From the IMG/VR virus record IMGVR_UViG_3300039159_000220, positions 1 through 48,215 of that record: 48,215 nucleotides of DNA. One strand, written 5' to 3'. Source of the stretch: a virus. Taxonomy: Duplodnaviria > Caudoviricetes. Shown here piece after piece: positions 19,281-28,704 of this stretch. Every line of letters begins with the position of its first letter. The first letter of the stretch is position 1. The translations under genes were made by a program, and so were the position numbers. The notes under the pieces were generated by a model. It saw nothing but the letters and a program-made list of their open reading frames with translations, was not told the DNA's origin and ran no database searches.

Positions 19281-21799
19281 CCAACACCCTTACCGTGACG
19301 TGTCTGGCGTGCCGACGCGGCCTGCCGCACGCTGGTTGTAATTCGATTATCCGAAACCTTTACATGAACCTCAACACGCTGAGCGGGTGCAGATTGACGT
19401 GGCGTCGTAACCGGACCGTCTTCCTGCACACCCCCACCGCCACTGCTGCTGCCACTGCCGCTGCCATCTGAAGTTCCCGAAGAATCTGAACCCGTATACA
19501 AATTGTTGACGAGCTTTCGATCGATCTTGCCGTCCGCACCTTGGAACGGATCAACCATCTTGCTCTTTTTATACTCTCCGGACCATGCTTCAAAATGGAG
19601 ATGACTCTTCGAGTTACCTACCTTCGTCTTCATCGTAGTGCCGATCTTTTGACCCGCAGATACCGCAACGCCAGGACGCAATACCGATGAGAACTCAGCG
19701 ATATGAAGAAACCGATAGAGGATGCCATTGTCACCCTTCAACTCTCCGAAGCCGCCAGCATTGTACGTCGTACCACCGATCGTAGCGTTACGAACCCACG
19801 TACCGGCAACTGGTGCATATACGACACTGCCGGGAGGCATATAGATATCACGCGATCCATGAACGGAAGTTTTACCGGAACCAAACGGTTTGCCATTCTG
19901 GTCTTTCTCGCGCGCTTGATAGAGACCGTGACCTGCATTACCCTCAGACCATTGGCTCTCCGCTTCTTCGTCTGAATTAACGGCGTAGTCAGCGAGGGAA
20001 CTTGTTGCGTATCGAGACTCTTGAGACGCCGCACGCGATTGCGCACTTGTAGGACCCGCAAGCACTCCATCACTAAGCCTCGCACTGTTTACGACGGCAT
20101 TGCGATTATCGAGCATAGAAGTCGGCGACGTCATAAACGAACCGCTTGCAGGTGAGCTAGGTGCCGGCGAAGCAGCACCCACTTCCCGAGATGTACTCCG
20201 GGACGATCTACCGAACCAATCATCGCCTTGAAAAATCGTATCGGCATTGTATGTCCGAGAAGCTTCCGCCGCACGACTAAGCGGATCGGACAAGCCTCCG
20301 AATCGAGCCCCTGTCGCGATCTCCCGCTTCACGCTGTCGACTGCCGACGAAGGCACGACGTCACTCGTCGATCGACCACGCCGCTGTGCCTTGATCAGAT
20401 CCATCCATTGCAGCTCCGACATCGAGGATCCGTTCATCACGGCCGTACCCGCAGCGCTCATCGCCTCTCGCTCGTCGCCGGAAGCAATTGCCGCCTTGAT
20501 GTAAGGCCGTTCCAACCACCAATCTAAGCTGTGAACGTCAGCGTTGCCCTCTTGCATATCGAGCGCACGTTGTGTTCTAGCTCCGGCATAACTGCCGGCC
20601 TGCGCCATCTGACGACGCAACGCGAGCACGCCTTCAATACCGCCGTGCGCGCCCGAATGCACTTCAGAAATGCTCTTCTCCATGCTCCGATGCGCCGCTG
20701 TGTCGCCTTGGTAGTTGGCTCCTAAATTGTTGATGTAGGCTTGCGTGTTAGCGATTCGATCAGCATCGATCTTGCCGTGTTGAATCGAGCTAACCATGCG
20801 TGTCATCGCTGCCATCGCTTCACCCCAACGACCTTGCTCCAGACCGGACGCCGCCGCCATGCCGATAGCCAAGCCGAGAATGTTGAGCTGTGCCGCTTCG
20901 CCGACATTACCACCGGCGCGCTTGACTGCACCCATTAAGCCGATGCCTTCGTCCATCATATCGAAGCGCTGACCAAACATCATCGTGTTGCGGGCGTCAG
21001 AATCGCCGAACGCCTTCATCGTCTTGCGGCTAGCGTCGAAGCGCTGATCGTTAGTCATCATCGACCGTGTACGCCAATCCATACTCTCTGCACCGTTATA
21101 CATTTCGGCTTCAGACAGGGCTTGATCACCGCCGCGTCGCCACGCGTTGTAGCGCTTGAGACCTTCAGCGTCCTGCGCTTTGTTGACTGCATTGATGCTG
21201 CCAATTGCCGAAGCTACACCGCCCATCCCTGGGATCTTATCAACGAGCGATTCAGCTAGATCACCATAGGCTGCCGCACCAGCTTTGCCGGTAAGCAAGC
21301 CCGTCATACCGCCAGCCTCGCTCGACATCTGACCGATCTGCCGACCGAGGATCCCGCCTTCCCGCCCGATTGCGCTAATCCCGCCAAGCAAGCTGCTCTG
21401 TCCATGCGAGAAGCCAGCGGCGCTGCTAAACATCCCCGAGAAACTGCCCTGCTTTAAGGCATGTGCAATACCGCCGCCGCCTTCAGTACCTCCGCGATCT
21501 AGCTTCCGATCTGTGCGCGTGCGGTTGTCGCGTTTCGTCGCGGCGTTCTCTTCGAGCGTCTTCGCCATACCCGTATTCGTGCCTTCGACCGCATGCAGGA
21601 TCTTCTCCAGCACGCTCAGCATCTCGCCTTTACCTTCAGGATTAGCCATCGGCGCAAGGCCGTTGCCAAGGGTCTTGTCGGAGAGCACCGAACTAACGGA
21701 CGCCTGCAACCGCGAAGAGATGTAGTCGCCCGCCTTGTCTACCTCCGCCTTGAGGCTCTCCATGTCGATTGAGACTTTTAGCTGTGCATCATTCGACAT
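19277..21799 (-). CDS. Tape measure protein with C-terminal M23 metallopeptidase
   Basis: Likely start MSNDAQ at 21799 (AAGGAAG RBS), 840 aa. Helical Ala/Gly/Met-rich body; M23 motifs HGSRD...YAPVAG...FLHI...VSAGQKIG...SHLHFE. Confidence 0.8.
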   Translation of the reverse strand: MSNDAQLKVSIDMESLKAEVDKAGDYISSRLQASVSSVLSDKTLGNGLAPMANPEGKGEMLSVLEKILHAVEGTNTGMAKTLEENAATKRDNRTRTDRKLDRGGTEGGGGIAHALKQGSFSGMFSSAAGFSHGQSSLLGGISAIGREGGILGRQIGQMSSEAGGMTGLLTGKAGAAAYGDLAESLVDKIPGMGGVASAIGSINAVNKAQDAEGLKRYNAWRRGGDQALSEAEMYNGAESMDWRTRSMMTNDQRFDASRKTMKAFGDSDARNTMMFGQRFDMMDEGIGLMGAVKRAGGNVGEAAQLNILGLAIGMAAASGLEQGRWGEAMAAMTRMVSSIQHGKIDADRIANTQAYINNLGANYQGDTAAHRSMEKSISEVHSGAHGGIEGVLALRRQMAQAGSYAGARTQRALDMQEGNADVHSLDWWLERPYIKAAIASGDEREAMSAAGTAVMNGSSMSELQWMDLIKAQRRGRSTSDVVPSSAVDSVKREIATGARFGGLSDPLSRAAEASRTYNADTIFQGDDWFGRSSRSTSREVGAASPAPSSPASGSFMTSPTSMLDNRNAVVNSARLSDGVLAGPTSAQSRAASQESRYATSSLADYAVNSDEEAESQWSEGNAGHGLYQAREKDQNGKPFGSGKTSVHGSRDIYMPPGSVVYAPVAGTWVRNATIGGTTYNAGGFGELKGDNGILYRFLHIAEFSSVLRPGVAVSAGQKIGTTMKTKVGNSKSHLHFEAWSGEYKKSKMVDPFQGADGKIDRKLVNNLYTGSDSSGTSDGSGSGSSSGGGGVQEDGPVTTPRQSAPAQRVEVHVKVSDNRITTSVRQAASARQTRHGKGVG

Positions 21800-22172
21800 T
21801 TGGATCTTCCTTGTAGGTATCGGTGAACTCTGGAAACTCAGCCGGCGCCGGCGCCGGCGCTGGTGCTGGCGTGATCGTACCCTTTTCTTTGGTCTTGAGC
21901 CACTTCGCAACGCGTGCGCGGTCATCCGGATGAATGAGCGCTAACGGATCGATCGCAACACCTTCATGAGCCTGTTGCAGCAACGCATCAGCCGCCGCAT
22001 CAGCGGACGACTCGAAGACTTCACCCGCAGCAACAGCACGCGGTGAATACGCTTGCATCGGTTCACGCTCGATCACATCCTCCATGTATTCCACGAAGAG
22101 TTCTTCGATCGTGTACTCTTGCAACAACGGGTCTTTGCGCGGTCGTGTGTATTTCTGACACCACCAACGCAC
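21789..22172 (-). CDS. Tail assembly chaperone, downstream (T-like) part
   Basis: WWCQKY...P.DP ORF just before the tape measure; reading frame stays open upstream to 22268, overlapping the previous gene. Confidence 0.6.
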   Translation of the reverse strand: MRWWCQKYTRPRKDPLLQEYTIEELFVEYMEDVIEREPMQAYSPRAVAAGEVFESSADAAADALLQQAHEGVAIDPLALIHPDDRARVAKWLKTKEKGTITPAPAPAPAPAEFPEFTDTYKEDPNVE

Positions 22173-22227
22173 TAACCAATCCGCTTCAAGCCGATATGCT
22201 GCTAAGGCACGGAGTGCCGCCGCACTA

Positions 22228-22659
22228 TCAGCCCACGCTTTTGTTGCGGAAGGTTTCCTCCCAGGACCTCACATGCTCGTAAACTACGCGCAATAAATCG
22301 ACGTCATAAAACTCTTCAGGAGTCCACCAGTCCGGGGCTTCGATGATCGTCGCAAGACAATACGCCATCATCTCATGCAGGTAGTCCATATTGGCCGTCA
22401 AGGCTTCGCCGCCGTTGAGCTTTGCCTTGATGACCGCCATCCGACCAAGCTGCCCTAGCGTCAAGCGCTTCACAACGAAGCGGCCGGCGTAGCTCGTACC
22501 GTCTAGGCTTTTGAACTTTAGCTCAAAGACTTTGGTAGTAACAAGCTTGCTACCGCCATCGACGACATCGCTGAACAGGGCTTCATACTTTGCGCGCTTG
22601 ACGTTGGCTTCTTTAACTTCAGGATCTACGACGACTTGGGATTCAACTTCGCTGGGCAT
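22228..22659 (-). CDS. Tail assembly chaperone (G-like)
   Basis: Immediately after the tube; YAGRFVVKRLT...APDWW...YDVDLL..VY...WEETFR pattern resembles SPO1/Twort-type chaperones. Confidence 0.7.
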   Translation of the reverse strand: MPSEVESQVVVDPEVKEANVKRAKYEALFSDVVDGGSKLVTTKVFELKFKSLDGTSYAGRFVVKRLTLGQLGRMAVIKAKLNGGEALTANMDYLHEMMAYCLATIIEAPDWWTPEEFYDVDLLRVVYEHVRSWEETFRNKSVG

Positions 22660-22701
22660 CTGTACTTCTTTCTACGACTGCAAACTAGGCAAGGAAACTA
22701 A

Positions 22702-23184
22702 CTAGGTCTGATCTTCCGACTCGTCACGTGCGCGCGTAGCTACGAAGCTGACGTTGGTACCAACTAAGCCCCGTGCCGTGATGTTGAAGTTGTAGCTCGC
22801 CGCTTTGACGTTGCTCAACTGGAAGATTACTTTTTGCGTAATCTTATCTTGAATGATCACGTCCACACCTTCGGTCGTGAGGATCTGCTCAAACTTCGGA
22901 AAGATGTTTTGCTGCTTGATCGAACCCGGCCGGTCCGCTGAATCGCCGGCACCTGTCGCATCGATCGACCGGAACATCTGACACGAGAAGCTCACGCGGT
23001 ACCCAGTTGCTACGTGTTCGATCGTATCGAGATGATCGAGCACATCGACCGGCTCGTAGGTGATCTCTTCGGAACCAGAACAACCCGACGCCAAGGCGAC
23101 GACTGTGCCGTTGTAATAGAAAGAAGCACGCGCGCCACTGAAGACACGAGAGCCAGGGCCTTGCGGAAGTTTAGAGCGTCCCAT
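22702..23184 (-). CDS. Tail tube protein
   Basis: 160 aa immediately after the sheath; beta-rich VFSGARA...EEITYEPVDVL...NVSFVA. Confidence 0.85.
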   Translation of the reverse strand: MGRSKLPQGPGSRVFSGARASFYYNGTVVALASGCSGSEEITYEPVDVLDHLDTIEHVATGYRVSFSCQMFRSIDATGAGDSADRPGSIKQQNIFPKFEQILTTEGVDVIIQDKITQKVIFQLSNVKAASYNFNITARGLVGTNVSFVATRARDESEDQT

Positions 23185-23203
23185 GATGATATCCTTTCAG
23201 AAC

Positions 23204-24985
23204 TTAGAGCGAGATTTTCGCAGGAATGAGCGTGATGGTATTCAACAAGAAGTTGATGCCCGGAGTTGGCGAGATGATGAGGCCGACGTAGAGCCGATCG
23301 CCGTCGAGGCTCACAGAGATTGCACGATATGCCAACACCGTCTGGCCACCTTCGTTGCTATCTGTAATAGCGCCTGCCGTTCGATACAGCTCACAGATAC
23401 GACCAACCACGGAAGGTACCAAACGTACGGTGCGGAGGCTGCCCGGTCGACCAACGAATGCATCTTCCGTAGCAACCCGAATATCGTAAGCCATCGCCTT
23501 CCACGTTTGGACGATCGTCTCTTCCGTGTACGCATCGTTGTCCAACTTCCCGAAGGTGGTAATGCATTTGTCGATACGAAAGCCTCGACCCTTGAGTTCG
23601 TTGACCACGATCACGCCATTCAGCGCGAGATCCGTCACATCGTCGTTGTTCGCTTCCGACCACGATGCATCTGACGACACCCCAAAAGACTTGAGATACT
23701 TGAAGGTCAGCGGTTCGCCAAGCGGCGCACCTGCGCGCATGCCGGCCAAACCAACAGCAGTAGCCCACTCTTCGAAGAAGACCAACGCGCCATCCGATGA
23801 CCGTTGCAGTTTGTTCTTTTGACCAACCAGACACACGTGTTCGCTGTTGATCAAATTGGCGTTGGTAATCAACCCCGTCTTGGTAGCGTTCGCGCCAATC
23901 CAGATCTGACCCTCGTTGCGACCAATCGTGCTGGATACAAACGCACCGTGCGCCGCTGCCGCTGCCATGACGGACAAGAACGTGAACGTACCTTGCGAGG
24001 TCGTCGCGTCTTGCGAAACGAGCGGCACTAGCTGATTGATGCGGACGCCACGCAGCGCGGTGAAGCCGTTGACCCAATCGCTGTTGGCAGAGGTACCGCG
24101 CGTACCGCCAGTGAGCGAAGTCTTCGCCAGCACGACGGTCGGACCCACGAGACCTGGCGTTAAGGTTGCGGAGATGATCGCGCTGTTGGTGTTGATCCAA
24201 TCGGCGACATCAAAGTTCCGTGAGAAGACCGAAGTCAGGGTCATGACAGAAGCAGCTACGACGGCATCGAGGTTAGCCGGTGCGAAAGCGTTACCGTTCG
24301 AAACCAACGCCGTGCAGGCGTAGTTAGGGTGGTTGTCGATAGCCTGAACCAAGGCCGTCAAGGTTGGATAGTCCGCGAAGTTGAAAGCGAGATCGTCAGC
24401 CGGGATTGCCGCAACCGAAGTTGTCGTAGCCAACGTAGTACCCGTAATCGTCATCGTACAGACGGTTGCCGCGCCGGTATATTGAATCGAGAATTTACCC
24501 GTCGCGCCAAGCGACGGCGATTGCTCCGAGACCAACGCACCGTACTCATCGAGATCGGTAACCTTCACGATGCGTTCATTCGCTGATGCACCCAAGGCTA
24601 GCTCAACCGTGATGCTGTTGGTCGCCACGCCGTATTGCTTCGCTTTGAAAAGCAAAGTTGCCGCATGCGTGAACGAAGCCGCCACCGAGTTATTCACTTT
24701 GTAGGTGACGATCGTCGAAGCGCCAGCCGCGATCCGAGGATCTAACCCTGGCGCTGCCGCAATTGCGGCCGCTTCCACCAGGTCGCCGGTCTTGTAGAAT
24801 GCCTTGACGCCAGCCGGCGAGTTGAAAACCTGCACGGTGCGTGGCTGCCCGCCGTTCGCTTCACCAATCAGACCAACGATTCCGCTGCCTGACAAGATGA
24901 CGTTTTGAAACTGGGAAGCATCGATCTTTGTCGAAGCCCCCGGTCGCACCAGGACCGCACCATTAAATAGAACGCGTTTGCTCAT
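23204..24985 (-). CDS. Contractile tail sheath protein
   Basis: Likely start MSKRVLFNG at 24985 (GAGGA RBS); RPGASTKID, GLIGEANGGQP, LTGGTRG, GEPLTFKYL, NGVIVV and SPTPGINFLLNTI are sheath motifs. Confidence 0.92.
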   Translation of the reverse strand: MSKRVLFNGAVLVRPGASTKIDASQFQNVILSGSGIVGLIGEANGGQPRTVQVFNSPAGVKAFYKTGDLVEAAAIAAAPGLDPRIAAGASTIVTYKVNNSVAASFTHAATLLFKAKQYGVATNSITVELALGASANERIVKVTDLDEYGALVSEQSPSLGATGKFSIQYTGAATVCTMTITGTTLATTTSVAAIPADDLAFNFADYPTLTALVQAIDNHPNYACTALVSNGNAFAPANLDAVVAASVMTLTSVFSRNFDVADWINTNSAIISATLTPGLVGPTVVLAKTSLTGGTRGTSANSDWVNGFTALRGVRINQLVPLVSQDATTSQGTFTFLSVMAAAAAHGAFVSSTIGRNEGQIWIGANATKTGLITNANLINSEHVCLVGQKNKLQRSSDGALVFFEEWATAVGLAGMRAGAPLGEPLTFKYLKSFGVSSDASWSEANNDDVTDLALNGVIVVNELKGRGFRIDKCITTFGKLDNDAYTEETIVQTWKAMAYDIRVATEDAFVGRPGSLRTVRLVPSVVGRICELYRTAGAITDSNEGGQTVLAYRAISVSLDGDRLYVGLIISPTPGINFLLNTITLIPAKISL

Positions 24986-25008
24986 AGCTTGTTTTCCTCT
25001 CGGGGCAT

Positions 25009-25251
25009 TTAGTACGTGGCGAAGATAGTATCCCAATCCGCAATTGTTGCGGAATGAACTTGTGTATAGGCGCGCATGCCGGCCTGCATCACCGGGTTGC
25101 GAATTGACTTGATCGTGAAGTACGAATCAAGCGAAACGGCATCCGGCTTCGTATACGGCTTTTGTGCTTCAGCCGCCGCCAGCAAACCCGCCTCCGACTG
25201 GATCGGCACGAAGGTCTGACCGCGATATTGTTTGCCAACTTTGTCTGCCAT
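25009..25251 (-). CDS. Small pre-sheath hypothetical protein
   Basis: 80 aa with TAGGAG RBS, at the position of a small gene in Herelleviridae-type modules. Confidence 0.6.
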   Translation of the reverse strand: MADKVGKQYRGQTFVPIQSEAGLLAAAEAQKPYTKPDAVSLDSYFTIKSIRNPVMQAGMRAYTQVHSATIADWDTIFATY

Positions 25252-25259
25252 AGAAGCTC

Positions 25260-25982
25260 CTAGGTGTAAGGGACAATAACGGGATCAGCCCTGTCTGTAT
25301 CAACTTGCAGATTAACACAAAGCACCTGTGTGGCTTCTTCCGATAGGTTGTAATCGAAATACGTCAGATATTGAAGTTGTAGCAAGCGATAATATCCGAG
25401 TGTTGGCATCAACCGCTCATCATACTCTACGGCTTGCCCGTTCATCGTAAGGTTGTGAATGTCGTACCACTCGGTTAGTTGCGATTTATTCTTGAGCAAA
25501 ATGAAGCGCACCAAATTGTAGAGATACAACGTCAGGTTGGGTTGGCTGGTGCCGATGTAGATGTGCGTGGTTACTTGCATCGCTACGAGATTGGTCTCAC
25601 GCGAAACGACACCGCCGTCTAGGGCATACTCGACGTGACCTAACACATCGCCCAACACATCGCTCGCCACGTCTTCGCGTTCGCCTTGATTGAAGATTCC
25701 AATGCAAGGTAGGTTGAGATCTTCAGCCGGCCAATTGACGTCCACAAAGATATTCTTGCTATCACGCAACCACGACTTGAACTCCGCAATTACCTTGACG
25801 CCCGCCATGCGAAACAGTTCGTCGATCACATTGTTTTTGGTGTCGTCAATGTGCTCGCGCAATTGCTGCAAGGCGTAGATGATCAGCTTGCGGAAAGCGT
25901 GTTCAGGGAAGCGCATACCCATCGGCTGGTTATGCGGAGAGGATGGATCGATCGTACCTAGCTCTTCCGGATCGTAACTCAT
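25260..25982 (-). CDS. Putative tail terminator/completion protein
   Basis: WPAEDLNLPCIGI, THIYIGTSQPNLTLYLYNLVRFIL; position before the sheath. Confidence 0.6.
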   Translation of the reverse strand: MSYDPEELGTIDPSSPHNQPMGMRFPEHAFRKLIIYALQQLREHIDDTKNNVIDELFRMAGVKVIAEFKSWLRDSKNIFVDVNWPAEDLNLPCIGIFNQGEREDVASDVLGDVLGHVEYALDGGVVSRETNLVAMQVTTHIYIGTSQPNLTLYLYNLVRFILLKNKSQLTEWYDIHNLTMNGQAVEYDERLMPTLGYYRLLQLQYLTYFDYNLSEEATQVLCVNLQVDTDRADPVIVPYT

Positions 25983-26728
25983 GTGAACCTCACGGTAACG
26001 CCCAACGTTCGGTAGGCATCGGTGATGATGGCTTGGAGGTCAAGGTTGACGTCCGTCAGAACGTCCCTCAAGATATGCACACCCCTGAAACCAGGATGCC
26101 ACCACGACGTTGCAGCGCTCGCGGCGCTAATCCTCCGGATGGTTAGCCGCTTAGCAGACTTAGGTCCGTTAGGACGCCGCATGCCTTGCGTGAGCGGCGC
26201 GACGTGATGGACCGCCGTCTTGACCATGGTTGAGCCGAAACGCAGCTCTCGCGTGAAGCTACGACCGCCAGCGGCACTCCGATTGATCTTCGCCGCCGTC
26301 GCCGCTTGGTTCAAAGCTTGACGCGATGCGTCAGACATTGCCTTGGCTTTCAAGAGACCATGCCCTGCTCCCCAATCAAAAGGCACGTCAATGTACGGTC
26401 CCTTCTTACCGAACTTGGTAGCGTGCGCCAGCATCTTGGCTTTGATGTCGAAAGCAGAAGCGCCCTCTTCCAGCGCTACCGCGATCGTGGATTGCAGCTT
26501 CACATGTACTTGCTTGCCGACCACGGACACGACACTAGGCGCGGCTAGCTCACGCTTGTAAAGATCGGCCATGGTGTTGAGGCGTGTATCGGCCAAGATG
26601 GAAGCCCGGTCTACGATGAGCGCGGTTACCTTCGGCAAGATGATTGCCGTGGCACGATCGACCACCGTGGCCAGTTGCTTGTTCAGCAGATCGCCCACAT
26701 CGGTGCCGAACTTGATGTTGAACTTCAT
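25979..26728 (-). CDS. Putative neck/head-tail joining protein
   Basis: LEEGASAFDIK, YIDVPF, TIRRIS..S..SWWHPGF; neck position. Confidence 0.6.
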   Translation of the reverse strand: MKFNIKFGTDVGDLLNKQLATVVDRATAIILPKVTALIVDRASILADTRLNTMADLYKRELAAPSVVSVVGKQVHVKLQSTIAVALEEGASAFDIKAKMLAHATKFGKKGPYIDVPFDWGAGHGLLKAKAMSDASRQALNQAATAAKINRSAAGGRSFTRELRFGSTMVKTAVHHVAPLTQGMRRPNGPKSAKRLTIRRISAASAATSWWHPGFRGVHILRDVLTDVNLDLQAIITDAYRTLGVTVRFT

Positions 26729-27498
26729 TGCGGGAACGGATTCCCTTCAACCTGTTCGGGGGCGTCTTTCGATTCGTCGCGGACTAGGAAGTCAAGCCGC
26801 GCCGTTGCTTGGACCGGAAACGCGACATGGACGCCGCCGATGGTTGAGTCCCGATGCTGATGGATCAGGTCCGTGATGACGTACTGCGGGCGGTACTCAT
26901 ACGAGATTGAAAAGTAGGTGCCGTCATCTGGGCGCGCGAGGCCAAGCCAATTGATGAAGCCATTCACGATCGTGAAGTGTGTATCTTCGCGGAAGGTTTG
27001 CAGCACACCGCTACGATCGACCCAGGAAAGGTTCTCGACACAGAGCGGCGTATACTTCGTGCGGTCTTGCAAGGTGGCAGGTTGCCGCCGCATCAATTCG
27101 TGGAAACGCCCGATACCATTCTTCAAGATCAAGCGGTCGAAGTAGTTCAAGCGATAATCTGGCAAGGCCGTGACGGCGATATTGCCGCCTTCCCAGCGAC
27201 CATAAGCGTAATAGCTATGGTCGACACCCATCCCGGTCATCAACATCTGCGTGTCGACTTCTTGAAAGTAGATCCAACCTAAACCGTTTTCGCAGACTTT
27301 GCAGTTCAATGCGTGATCGCGATTCCCGAGACCGCCACCGCGCATCCGGTTAGGACAGATCGCCGCTTTCTGCCAACGCACGGCATACCCTTTATCAGCC
27401 AAGAGCTTCGTGAATGCCTCACGATTGAAGTCGACACTGGCGGTGGAAGCGTCGCCACGCCCGGTCGAGACGCCGCCACGCCGGATGACACCGCTCAC
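26725..27498 (-). CDS. Putative head-closure (stopper) protein with Cys motifs
   Basis: VRWQKAAICPN...CKVCENGLGWIY, DRL, SISYEYRPQYVI; second neck gene after the capsid. Confidence 0.65.
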   Translation of the reverse strand: MSGVIRRGGVSTGRGDASTASVDFNREAFTKLLADKGYAVRWQKAAICPNRMRGGGLGNRDHALNCKVCENGLGWIYFQEVDTQMLMTGMGVDHSYYAYGRWEGGNIAVTALPDYRLNYFDRLILKNGIGRFHELMRRQPATLQDRTKYTPLCVENLSWVDRSGVLQTFREDTHFTIVNGFINWLGLARPDDGTYFSISYEYRPQYVITDLIHQHRDSTIGGVHVAFPVQATARLDFLVRDESKDAPEQVEGNPFPQ

Positions 27499-28271
27499 AT
27501 GCTCACCATCGGAACGCCGGTATAGGTAGCTCGAATCTGCGCAATCAAACCCCGTGCTTCACTGCCTGGCGCCAAGCCAAGCGCCGCTGCATAGCTATCA
27601 ATCCGCGCCTTGAAGGCCGGCAGTTGTCGGCTCACGCTTTGCGACAAGCCATCGACCGAGAGACTGGTTGAAGACTGACCAATCGGCCCTACAAGATCGC
27701 TCATGATCGTGAGGATCTCCATGGAAGCCATCTTCATAACGGCGTCCACGATCATCCGAGGGATCTTGGCATCATCAAACCCGCTCTTGTAGTCAACCTG
27801 CCACAAGTGCGGCACATACGAGTTTTGAGACTGCAACAGCGGCAAGTACTGACCGCCCATGCCCAGCACGATGTGACTGAGGGAGCCGGCGTTCGGAATG
27901 ATGTTGAGTTGCGACGACTCTAAATGGACGCGCACCCAATTGGAAGGAAAGATCACGACCGAGGTGCCGGTCGGATAAACCATGCGCACTTCCTGCACCG
28001 AATGCGTAGGCACGCGATAGAGCTTCATATACCCGTACTGAATGTAGTCCGCACTGTGGTAGTCGTGGCTCTCGGCAAGATTCGTCCGCATGATAAAGTC
28101 GACGTTCGTGATGTCTTCCAGCTTGCCGATCGCAATCGCAAGCTGCTCGGTGAAAAACGTCGAAGGCAACTCTTGATTGTCAGCCCCGCACAACGTTAAG
28201 CCGACAAGGTAGTTCGCCTTCAAATACTCCGGCGTTAGATCGTCGATCGTTAAGGTTGGCGAGTAAGCCAT
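27495..28271 (-). CDS. Putative head-tail adaptor protein
   Basis: LKANYLVG, VPHLWQVDYKSGF...IP, SSTSLSVDGLSQS resemble SPO1-like adaptors. Confidence 0.7.
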   Translation of the reverse strand: MAYSPTLTIDDLTPEYLKANYLVGLTLCGADNQELPSTFFTEQLAIAIGKLEDITNVDFIMRTNLAESHDYHSADYIQYGYMKLYRVPTHSVQEVRMVYPTGTSVVIFPSNWVRVHLESSQLNIIPNAGSLSHIVLGMGGQYLPLLQSQNSYVPHLWQVDYKSGFDDAKIPRMIVDAVMKMASMEILTIMSDLVGPIGQSSTSLSVDGLSQSVSRQLPAFKARIDSYAAALGLAPGSEARGLIAQIRATYTGVPMVSM

Positions 28272-28276
28272 CTGGG

Positions 28277-28627
28277 TTACGCCTTACCGCGTTGCTGATG
28301 AGCTTTCTTGCTTGGCTTAGGCACCACGTCTGCCGGTTCACCCATCGGTGTACGCCGCGAATCTACGCCAGCCAAAGCTACCTCCGGATCGTCTTCACCT
28401 GCGCCTCCTTGGGGCGTAGGCACGACGGTCGAACCGTTCACCTTCGCGGCCAGTTCCGGTGAGAGTAGCCACTGAAACGCGATGTAACGCGCGCGATCCT
28501 CTTCCACGCCAACGATCGATGCGAAGCCTTTGGCGTCGAACTCAATCACACCCTTTGACGTCTTCACGGCCTTGTTGCGATTGGCGTAGCTGTACAACTG
28601 AAATTCTACATCTGTGCTGCTGTTCAT
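28277..28627 (-). CDS. Hypothetical post-capsid protein
   Basis: 116 aa with GAGGA RBS; GVIEFDAKGFASI followed by a low-complexity tail. Confidence 0.65.
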   Translation of the reverse strand: MNSSTDVEFQLYSYANRNKAVKTSKGVIEFDAKGFASIVGVEEDRARYIAFQWLLSPELAAKVNGSTVVPTPQGGAGEDDPEVALAGVDSRRTPMGEPADVVPKPSKKAHQQRGKA

Positions 28628-28642
28628 AATGCTTTCCTCTTC

Positions 28643-28683
28643 AAAAACAAAAGAGGCTAGAGATCACCACGACCCCTAGCCTC
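28643..28683 (-). terminator. Rho-independent terminator after the capsid gene
   Basis: Minus strand GAGGCTAGGGGTC-GTGGT-GATCTCTAGCCTC-TTTTGTTTT: a 13-bp stem (with G-U pairs) followed by a U-tract. Confidence 0.85.
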
Positions 28684-28704
28684 AGCTCAGTCTGCTAACG
28701 CGGG

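Noticed and set aside
21840-21872. gccggc microsatellite, and the ttc run at ~46040..46068, as contingency loci
   Set aside because: In-frame 6- and 3-nt units encoding PAPAPA and poly-Lys linkers; slippage would not shift the frame.
21800-21925. N-terminal extensions given by the ORF track for the tape measure (also sheath 25036, scaffold 31118, DUF4417-like 47988)
   Set aside because: They overlap upstream genes or a terminator; downstream ATGs (21799, 24985, 31007, 47943) have clear RBSs.
11898-25036. Extracellular contractile injection system or tailocin
   Set aside because: Portal, protease, scaffold, capsid and neck genes are present, so this is a complete phage virion module.
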